From NCBI GenBank assembly GCA_973851085.1, contig OZ316776.1, positions 7,068,001-7,132,000 on the forward strand: a DNA stretch of 64,000 nucleotides, written 5' to 3'. How positions within the stretch are numbered: the stretch's first letter is position 1; each line of letters starts with the position of its first letter. A model generated the notes under the pieces. It was not told the DNA's origin. It made no database searches and saw only the letters and a program-made list of their open reading frames with translations. Positions 53,229 through 64,000 of the stretch are shown here, piece after piece. The stretch is from Ptychomitrium polyphyllum (taxonomy: Eukaryota). The translations under genes and the position numbers were made by a program.

Positions 53229-56200
53229 GCCAGCTAGAGTGGTGACACATAAACACGATACATATTCGGAAGGTGGTGACACTTACACTTGATATAAACT
53301 CGGAAGGTGGTTCTCGAGGAGCTTATGCGAGGTTCTTGTCACAGCCTCTCGGTCTGGTTTTTTGTCTAATGGGGGCTCCTGGCAGAAGCGGAGACCATTA
53401 TTACCATGTCTTGCTCATTTATCGTGTGGATCTGGGTGTAGACTGTTAAGAGTGTAAATAAATTGTATGGAAACAATGATATCTTGTACAATTGATGCGT
53501 CAAGGTGTGAGTTTTGCTGGGTTTTCCAGCATTGCCTCAACTTCTGTGACTTGGGATTTGTGTGGCGAACAGTATTCGACTAAAGTTTAGAGTGAATTTG
53601 AATAAGTTGATTCTCTGAGCTCACTCTCGTTTTGTTGTTACTGTATGTATGAATTTGATTATCGGTGTCTAGAACAGGAGGGTGAAACACTGTGATCATC
53701 TCGTTTACAGGGCATTGTTGGGCTTACAAGGCGTCAGAGGCGGCATTTGCATAAGGCCTACAAGCAGAATTATGGTCAGGGTCAGAAAATTCCTTCAGTG
53801 CTCGTAAGAAGGAAAAAGCAAGATGCCTGGTACCACCGGAACCCTTCATCACGGAAGCCCTCCACTCAGTGAAACAAGTTCTTGTGGTGGAGACTTCTCA
53901 ATAATTGAACTTGACAGTACGGTTGAATTCTACCTACATACAGAGCGGGAGCATTGGTAACTTGCCTTACATGTAAAGCACACTGCAATCTCACAGTATT
54001 AGGCACGAAAAATGAAGAGGTGACCGCATTCTGGACTTAATTCGCTGTCTCTGGAGCTAATTGCTTTCTGGAAGTTGGGAAGTCACATGCGGTCTGGATA
54101 ATGCTGCCGTGTAGTATGACTTTGAAGTACACGACAATGGTATCACATTGCAGTAGCATCAGTACTCAGTGTGCAGCCTGTTTTTGTGTGGAGCAGTGCG
54201 GCCGTGTTGTGCTTGAATCTGAAGAAACGATGCCCCTTTCACATTGAGCCTCACGAATGACCACATGAGTGGACAGAAATTTCTTATGTACCGGTATCCA
54301 TCGAATTCCAGAATCTCGTCCTTCAAAAAGAACTGGAACAACAAAAACCAGACATCAGAGAATCTCGAACCGTCTGCTCTGAGGAGGTGATGTGCGGATT
54401 GGGGGCCCAGAAAGCAGCCACTTCAGGACTCGTTCAATTCAGTTTAGCTGCGTAGAACTTCAAAGACTTGTTGGTGGGCTTCAGTGGGTTTCACGACTGG
54501 CAGTCTCTGTCCACGGATTTGGTAATGTCTCAAAGTAGTTTCATGCATGCCATTAAGCTCGCTGCTTAATTCCTATTAACACCAGAGCTATACAATATAT
54601 ACATACTTTATTATATACAATAACACAACAAACTGGGGTCACCGATGTTTCGGATTACAAGTGCGGCTTAACTGGAAATCAGCTGTGCTCCTAGCTAGGT
54701 GCCATCAACCTTGCACCAAAGATAAGTATCCCAGGAACGCACGCTGTCCAGTACCTAAGCCTTTTATTCTACTTTTATTCAGTCTGTATAAACTCAAGCA
54801 GCTTCACAAGCTGCAAGAGTGCACGCACGGTGGCGTTGCATAAGTGACACACACAATAAAATCCACACAACTTACATAGCCCGGCGACATAACTTCCAGT
54901 GCTACACACCTAGTACACAACATCACAACACAAATCGTACAGTTTTATGCTACAAGTCCCGCTTGAGAAACCCAGGATGCAGCACATCCCAGATCAAGTA
55001 GGCCAGCGATCCGACGAGCTCGCTACACGTCCTTGGACATAGCCGGAGCAAATACAATATCGTTCTCCACAAGCATGTGACACGCCTCATCACCATGTGC
55101 GATCTTCAGAGCTTTAAAGGCGGGGTGACGAGACAGCCACTGCGCAGTGTTGATGTGGCAGATCGCGACGGCTTTGATACGAGTGGATTCGGAGCCCTCC
55201 GGTTTGAGAGTCGCCTGGATGATCTTCGTGCCTGTCACACGATGACAGTAGTACAGCGCCACGGGGAAGGCAATGTGATGGCAGACAACGATTTTCTTAC
55301 CCTCGGCGACTGAGCCCTTGGCGACATCGAGAATGGCAACTGGCTCCTTCGAGGCCGGGGCTGAGGCCGGTGCGCCGCTAGTTGAGTACACCTTAACTTC
55401 GTGGCCCAGTTCAGCGGCCACGAAGGTGGCCACAGACTCAGTAGATGCAGCGCAGGCCCTGGATTCGCCGGGGAGGGCCGCGCTGCCGCACAGATACGCG
55501 GCGGTGGCAACGTCAGTGGCCTCGGTAGAGTCGCGCGCCACGCCGAAGTGCTGCATCAGGGTCAACGCGTTAGAAGATGTAAGGGAAGGCAGTTTGGCCA
55601 CAGCAGAACTTGTCAGGAACTCTCTCCTGGGGGCGGGGTCATGCAGATTCCCGTCCAAGGTCATCTTGGCGCCTGCGACCATCGCAGTCTCCAGGAAGAA
55701 GTCTCGCTGCAGGTCGTTCACCGTGACAATCGAAGCGTCGCGAAGACGGGCTGCATCCGCGACATCCGATTCGGCCGTCTGCCGAAGAAGATCATCGCTA
55801 AGGCAGATCAGCGCACTAGATGAGCACACTGCGGAGAGAAGATGAGCGGACGAGCTGCTGCTTACCGCCTTCCCGATCGGCCTACCAGCCAGACTCACCC
55901 CAACCTGCATTTCCAGACAAGACACACTCTCGAAGTTAGACCAGCCCCGCAACTCACAACACATCAAGTGCACACTGCATGCGTAGATCGAATGTAAACA
56001 ACAGCAAATGATAAGCTAGAGGGGTTTTGTGGACTTACCATGGAGCTCGCTGCTGCCAGGACGAACACAAGGACGTGAAGGTGCTCAATCGCCATTCTGT
56101 CAACAGCCGGAGATATGAGACACTAGAGCGGGTTCGTACAGATCAGAGAGAGCTGAGTGCGTGAGGGGTAGGCAGTGGGTGATCTTAACTGCGGACGCCT

Positions 56201-59200
56201 GCATCTTTTATACGCTTCCAAACTTCCATCGCGCATGCCCAATTGCCCGCAGGTGCTTTTCTCTGCCCGAGTGGGCCTGGCTCGACAGAGCAGCTGGCGG
56301 ACGAGCCGCGGTGGACTGCGAATCCCCTTCCCCACCTCAAAGCTGGCTCTCCAGAATGTTCACCACCTTTCAGCCCAGCGTCGTAGACTGCTGGAACCGG
56401 ATCGGCCTAAGACATCTTTGCGTGTCTCTCGAGATAAGTGATCGCGATGCATACCAACCAGTTCACCAACACCTCTTATTTGAGTCACCTGGAATAAGTA
56501 TCTGGAGGTTAGTGGACGTGAAATCACCAGGGTTGGGTGCAGCTTGCAATAAATCCGATTTTCTGATTTTCTGCAGGTCGCAGCTCTATCAAACACGTTT
56601 ATGCTTTGAAATTGGCCAATGGCATTGCAGAACCAGCGGATTTTTCCAATCGATAGCCCTCGACACGGATCACAGCGCCAATTTACTAGTTGATTCCGCA
56701 CACTTACAATCAGTTGCCTCGTCAAAGTTGGCGACATTTTTACCCGCCCATGAGATTCCCTGGATGTTTAATCTGAAACTTTCTGCTCAAAGGTGGAGAT
56801 GAAAAATTCTGCCTAGATCTCATGTGGTGTACATGTGTCCGTGTATGTATCCTGTGGTGCTGATCTTATGATTCAAATCACTTAGTTTGTGCTTCGTAAA
56901 CTCGTACTAGCAGGGTTAATTCCGACCAACTCCATTAAAGGTCTTGTTCTCGAGAAGAACACAAATGCATGCCCGCGGCGGATCAGACAGCCTGCTCCTA
57001 CTAAACAATCAGGTATCCTGGCCTTCACAAGCAGAGAACCAGCGCTAACCGCTCACTGTTGCGCAGCTTGATGTCACCACCAGAGGGTCATGAATCGACC
57101 CCAAAGTAATTGCTCCCAGAATGTGATGGCACCTAACTATTCACGGTGTGGACGTTAAGAATTGAGAAGGCCTGTTTATGCCGTTCTGTTCTACCTACTG
57201 AAGGGGTTTTCTAAATGGCCGGAGGTAACGGAGTTGTCGGTCAAATGGTATTGTCTGTTGCATATTGGTGTTTAGGCTTTGATTTGTGCTGATTCCAGGA
57301 ATAAAGGGGTCTTATAATCTGTTCAGTTGATTTGGCACAGCTATAGATTTCATAAATTGAGGTTACAGGGTTTAGACCTAGATGACTGAGGAAACAAGAT
57401 AGTCGAATGAAATTGTGGTTTAGGTGTGTTTTGAAAGTTTCAGGTATTTTGTTCACATTGAGATGTTTGGGTTTATATTTATAGTGTAAATTTTGGAGTC
57501 GTGCATAGAAAGAATCATAACACTTTAGAAAACACTAAAATAATAACAAGAAATCGGACTAGGTGTAATGTGTAATAGATTCGTTTGTGAAAGGCCTTCA
57601 ATAAATTCTTCATGAGCATGTGGGATTTATGGCCTCTTACGTACTTTTTTTTTTTGGGTGTGAATCCGGAATACCTGTAGGGCATAAAGGTTTAAGCGAA
57701 GCCAGGAGGAGGAACCGTGACGAAGTCTCTTGACCGTCGTCCCCACCATAGTCAAACCCAACAGCATGATCAGCATGGCGATAAGGTTCCACAGGGTCGA
57801 CCGCTTTCGTATGCATCAGCTTGCACCGGGATGGAGACGCAGCACCGGCTTCACCAACAACATTGATTCTCTCCTCTCTTCACTAGTCACTCTGCTGCGG
57901 AGGATAATCATTGTAATTTTCAATTATTGCAAAGGATTCGTATTTGGCATCGACGCTGCTCCATCGAGCACCAGTGCTAGAATGTAAAGGTCCGTGGATT
58001 TAAAGTGCAGAAAGTAAACCGTGCACTCCTTGTGTGAACATATGTTTGGGTTATGAGTAAGTTGAACGTGACACAGACTTGTGTGGTGAGTTGAATGTGC
58101 GACAGACTAGTGTGGTAAGTGAACGTGACACAGACTTGTGTGGTAGTGAGGGGGCAAGCAGGATAAATTGGACAACTTGAGCTGCACTTTGGTCACCTAA
58201 AACTTGAGAGTAAAGCAGGCGACGAATAGTGAGGAAAGTAAGTGACGAATAGTGAGAGGAAAGTGAGTGACGAGTAGTGAGAGGATAGTGAGTGATGAAT
58301 AGTGAGAGTAATGCAAGTTGTAAATGTGAAGTGAATTAAAGGTAACAAATATTTATTGAGAACATGATTTTTGAGATTGAAATACTTATATTAGTGTGTT
58401 AAACAATATACATTTTGACATGACATATCCAAAATTCTTTGAAGGTGTTGTTTGAAATATAAAGTTCAAAACATCTTCAAACATCACCTTTACTTATCTT
58501 TTATACTCCTTTTGAAAATGTGGGTATGGATTGTTATACATTTAACAATTGCTTGAGTTTTTAATGCAATGTTCTATCAACTTGTATATTTTTGTTATAC
58601 CTTTGAAACACATTATAAAAGTATCAAACATTAAAGGCAAAGAAAATAAGGAAAAATTGCACATATACACATTGTACAAAGTACAATTATCACATATATA
58701 ATACTCTAATAGGTTAAAAATCAATTTATCAAGAGGAACTCATTGTGAAATAAAAATATTCCACTTTGATGCGTTTCTTTGAGGCTTTTGATTTGAACAA
58801 AATAAAGGGCCACCTCATTGTTGGATACAATTAGAAGGTTGATTTGTAAGTAGGGTGAATATGATATACATGTCATAATATGAGTCATACATTCCGTAAC
58901 ATGCCTACCTTTGTAGCCATCATTTTATAAAATGTACTTTCTGCTATTCTAGTATTTAAGAAAACAATAAGGGATTGTACCAACCTTACCATGTCACATC
59001 TGCACAAACATCTCACTTCTTATATTAGTTAATCCATATAACTTTTTATTTTTATTCATATTAATATCGCTCTAATTGGATTTCTATACATGCTTCAAAA
59101 TTATTATGAGCATCTTGCATGCACAAAACCAATGAATGGTTCTACAAACCTGCCAAACATGATACAATTGTGTCATATACTATAACAAATTTCTCTCAAA

Positions 59201-62200
59201 TAAGGCATTTATTGAAGTCAAAATTTTCAATGAAATTTGGACAATAAATTTTACTACGCACTCAATTACATGAATTATGGCTTCAAAATCTAATATAATG
59301 ATATCATACACAATCAAACAATAATAGTGCCAAAACATTCAATTCATCCCTGCATTGAGATGTGGCTACTTTATTGTAGTTAAAAGCCTCCATGACAATA
59401 CATTCTAACCTAGCAATATATGGACAATCTATGGATGTGTTCAAGTGATTAAATATTAGTTAAAAACTTAAAATTTTATATTTAATAGAATGTTTCTTAA
59501 GTTGAAATTTCTAATGAAATTTACATCACCAAAAAGATGGAATAATGACTCCATTTTGAAAGATTCAAAGCTTCAAATAAATAACATCCATTCAAAGGAA
59601 CACAACATCATTGCACATCAAGTATAGATTTACATAAATGTTTAAGTAAATAATACATACACTACCAAACAATTACAAATAGAGCTTGTTCAATGCTACA
59701 ACAACTATAGATTCTTTAATGTGTATCCAAGCTTACAAATACGCTTACGTGATCTAACAAAAACAACACACAATGTCTTCATACTCTACACCCTAGCAAA
59801 TTTATAATTCACTAATTAAAAGTGAAAAGGCTCCTACAACATCATAAACACTAACTTCGCATCCAAAGATTAGTTGCATCTATCTACAATTTATAAATTC
59901 AAAATATCATTCTCTAGAATACTGTCATTGCGAAGGATCTTTTATTCATGCATATTTCTGCCAAAAGTATCCAAACATGTATGCTTACAACAAGTGTGCT
60001 CAAACTCATCCTTTAACAATGGCTTTTGCAGGTGGTAATCTTCAATTCCATAAACAACTCAATTACAAATTCCCTCAAAGCTTTTCCGTACAAGATAGCA
60101 TTTGCATATGTGTCTATTACATTCATGTGCTCATGTGGTCGCAATACATAACTACAAAAGAACATGGACATAGTCCTTGATGTATTTGATTCCAAAACAC
60201 CCTCTTACAAATGTTGTGTCTTCCCCCTCGTGAATAGACATCTCAACGTTCCATGTGCACAATCAAACGACTTCAAAATCCAAATGGTCAATGTTCATTT
60301 GCTACCAGTGCCTACAAGATTCAGATGTCACATATCACTAACGCCCGAGGAAGTACAAAATTCTATACATTGGATGATGCAAAAGATGATCTCCTTCATA
60401 ACATGGAAAGACCTCTTGTCACACCATCTCTAGATCCACGTGATGTTGGGCAGCGGCCATTGCTTGTTTATGACAGAACCACAAGAACAATACTCGTACT
60501 TTTGGCATTCCAAAAGTGCGGGTGAAATTTGGATCTTTTGAAACCAATGGATGTTTCCGGACACCTAAAGTGAAGTTGCAAATGGCCAATCAAAGAATCT
60601 TTGGAAAAGGCGCTTTCCGACCGTTGCTGCCATGTGCCTCTTGATTGGTGTGTACGAAGAGTACGTCATGTCTACATCGTACGTTTGTTGAGGAGCACCT
60701 TCTGTGCAAACGCGTCCTTGTCATAGCTATAGCCATTCCTTGAGCCATCACCAATGCAAAATCCACTGCTCACTTTGGAGTGGCAGTTGTCTTCATGGTA
60801 GGTGAGCATCTTTGGTACAAAGTACAACTTTGTGCTTCAAAGTACTTTGAGAATATAATCTTTGATCTTCTTATCTATGCAGTTGCAAAGGACTTAGTCA
60901 ACAAGGAGGAGGATTTCTTCTTTAATAGGGTATAACTAAGCTTTTGTGGTGTAGGAATTGTTATTGTCTTACACTATAATCAACTTGATTCGGGTTCTTC
61001 CATTATTTAAGACATGTGTCTAATCCTTTGAATCATTTGTGCTAATGCCTCAATTTGTTGAAATACTATTATTTAGACTATTTTTGACAAGACATTGTTG
61101 GTTGGTGTACCATTTGACATGACACATGACTGTCTCAAACTTGCTTATAGTGTGCAAATTCATGCTTATAGCCTCCTTGAATTCAAACATCGTTGCTTCT
61201 ATTATAGTGTAAGCCAATTGGAAATAAGATTGTAGGCCAATGTATCTTATTATTTTATGTTAAAGTGTATAATTACATATACAACCTTTGAACACAATCA
61301 TTGAATACACATTTATCTTGCATGAATTGATTGAGCGTGAGTAATCACCAAAGACTTGTTATAGATTGAATGATGCAATTAACCCAGTTGGCAAAATTTC
61401 CAAGTGAGTATCACAAAGAAGCTTCACAAAGGCTTGACTTATGTTTCCAAGGTCAGATTTTGCTAGGACTTTGAGAATACCAGGTGTGTTTTTAGATTGG
61501 AATACCCATAACTTTACATGCCTCCTTCCAACACTACCACTTGGTTCTTTATGCTTACTCAGTCACTAGTATGAACTATCTGAGATGTGCAATAGTGTAA
61601 ATCATTGGAAGATCATCGGACCATACACAATTGGCGGATCAATTGTATTCCAGAGTGACTTTGAAGCACAAAGCTGTACTTTGTACCAAAGATGCCCACC
61701 TACCATGAAGACATGTGCCACTCCAAAGTGAACAGTGGATTTTGCATTGGTGATGGCTTAGAAATGGCTATAGCTATGACATGGATGCGTTTGCACAGAT
61801 GGTGCTCCTCAACAAACGTACAATGTAGACATGACGTACTCTTCGTACACATCAATCAAGAGGCACATGGCAGCAACGGTCGGAAAGCGCCTTTTCCAAA
61901 GATTCTTCGATTGGCCATTTGCAACTTCATCGTAGGTGTCCGGACACATCCATTGGTTTTAAAGGATCCAAATTTCACCTGCACTTTTGGGCTGCCAAAA
62001 GTACGAGTATTCTTTTTGTGGTTCTATCATAAACAAGCAATGGCCGCTGCCCAGCATCACCTGGATCTAGACATGGTGGCTAGGGCTCTTTCCACGCTAT
62101 GAAGGACGTCACGTTTTGGATCATGTAATGTATAGATTTTTGTACTTCCTTGCACAATAGTGATATGTGACACCTGAATCTTGTAGACACTGGTGGCAAA

Positions 62201-64000
62201 TGAACATGGACCATTTAGATGTAGGAAATGATCAGGGAGAATTTAGATGTAAGAAATGATCAGGGACCATTTAGATTTTGAAGTCATTTGATATTGCACA
62301 AGGAATGGTGAGGTGTTTACTTTGAGAAGGATGGCACAACAATTGTAAGAGTGTCTTTTAGAGTCAAGTATATCACTGATTAATTCCATTCTTCGTTGTA
62401 TGAATGTATTGTGATGAGATTAGCACAGGAATTTAGCGGACATAGATCTATGTGCTACACAGAACTAGAAGGCTTTGCCGAGATTTGTAATTGAATTGTG
62501 TATAGAATTGAAAATTACTACCCAAAAACCGTTGGTACAAGATGGGCGCAAGCACACATTATAAGCATACATGTTTGAGTACTTTTGGCAAAAGATATAA
62601 AAGAAGAAAGATCCTTCACAATGGTGACATCTTGAAAAATGATGTATTATACACGTTAATAAAAGAAAGAAATACCTTTATCTACGATTGTATCTGACAC
62701 CATAATAATACAGGTGACATCTCAATTTGGGAGCAATTATTTTGGGGTCGATTCATGACCCTCTGGTGGTGACATCAAGCTGCGCAACAGTGAGCGGTTA
62801 GCGCTGGTTCTCTGCTTGTGAAGGCCAGGATACCTGATTGTTTAGTAGGAGCAGGCTGTCTGATCCGCCGCGGGCATGCATTTGTGTTCTTCTCGAGAAC
62901 AAGACCTTTAATGGAGTTGGTCGGAATTAACCCTGCTAGTACGAGTTTACGAAGCACAAACTAAGTGATTTGAATCATAAGATCAGCACCACAGGATACA
63001 TACACGGACACATGTACACCACATGAGATCTAGGCAGAATTTTTCATCTCCACCTTTGAGCAGAAAGTTTCAGATTAAACATCCAGGGAATCTCATGGGC
63101 GGGTAAAAATGTCGCCAACTTTGACGAGGCAACTGATTGTAAGTGTGCGGAATCAACTAGTAAATTGGCGCTGTGATCCGTGTCGAGGGCTATCGATTGG
63201 AAAAATCCGCTGGTTCTGCAATGCCATTGGCCAATTTCAAAGCATAAACGTGTTTGATAGAGCTGCGACCTGCAGAAAATCAGAAAATCGGATTTATTGC
63301 AAGCTGCACCCAACCCTGGTGATTTCACGTCCACTAACCTCCAGATACTTATTCCAGGTGACTCAAATAAGAGGTGTTGGTGAACTGGTTGGTATGCATC
63401 GCGATCACTTATCTCGAGAGACACGCAAAGATGTCTTAGGCCGATCCGGTTCCAGCAGTCTACGACGCTGGGCTGAAAGGTGGTGAACATTCTGGAGAGC
63501 CAGCTTTGAGGTGGGGAAGGGGATTCGCAGTCCACCGCGGCTCGTCCGCCAGCTGCTCTGTCGAGCCAGGCCCACTCGGGCAGAGAAAAGCACCTGCGGG
63601 CAATTGGGCATGCGCGATGGAAGTTTGAAAGCGTGAAGAAGATTTTAAAATTTCCATGTGCCTTAACATTCCAGTGCAGTACATCAAGAATTTGCAAATC
63701 TTTACCCTCGCTATATGATACATGTATCATACAATGTTCTCAAGGATGACATATATTTGTTCCAAGTTCCATGTATACTACCAGCTTTGCAATCAATCAA
63801 ATGTATGCACTTTACAACCTAACCATGTTCCATTTGTTTTAGAGATGCATTGTGCAACGTGAAAATGTGTGACTTAGTTTTGGTACATATTTAGATTTCC
63901 ATGTGCCTCAAAGTTTCACTACACTATATCAAGAATTTGCAATTCTATATCCTTCACCGTATGATACATGTACCATACAATGTTCTCAAGGATGGAATAC
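53229..64000. repeat. Tandem segmental duplication unit, copy 2 (runs off the window)
   Basis: Matches 31001-41772 with only scattered SNPs. Confidence 0.95.
55023..56095 (-). CDS. Secreted BURP-domain protein, copy 2; exons 56095-56039 and 55904-55023
   Basis: Protein identical to copy 1. One synonymous SNP was noticed (33356 vs 55584). Confidence 0.92.

Overview
Eukaryotic plant nuclear DNA with GT-AG introns, most likely a moss of the Physcomitrium type (inferred from gene and LTR character, not verified). The window has three zones. (1) 1-2.2 kb holds the 5' part of a TFIIB gene on the minus strand. (2) 2.2-16.8 kb is a nested, decayed Ty3/gypsy island made of two families: family A has ~1.16-kb LTRs, a tRNA-iMet PBS and a chromodomain, while family B has ~0.55-0.6-kb LTRs and an apparent Tf1-type self-priming PBS. 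It includes TSD-flanked solo LTRs. A gene block follows: an RMD1/DUF155 pseudogene with 3 stops and 1 frameshift, an intronless METTL21-like methyltransferase and an 11-exon PXA-PX-Nexin_C sorting nexin. (3) From 31,001 to the window end lies a very young complex amplification. A 22,228-bp tandem duplication carries a BURP-domain gene (two copies, identical proteins). Inside the unit are a ~6-kb near-perfect inverted duplication, an 8,476-offset direct repeat and extra inverted copies of the BURP promoter, each cut exactly at the TATA box, giving five promoter copies in the window. Most ORF-track entries beyond 34 kb are repeated non-coding ORFs.
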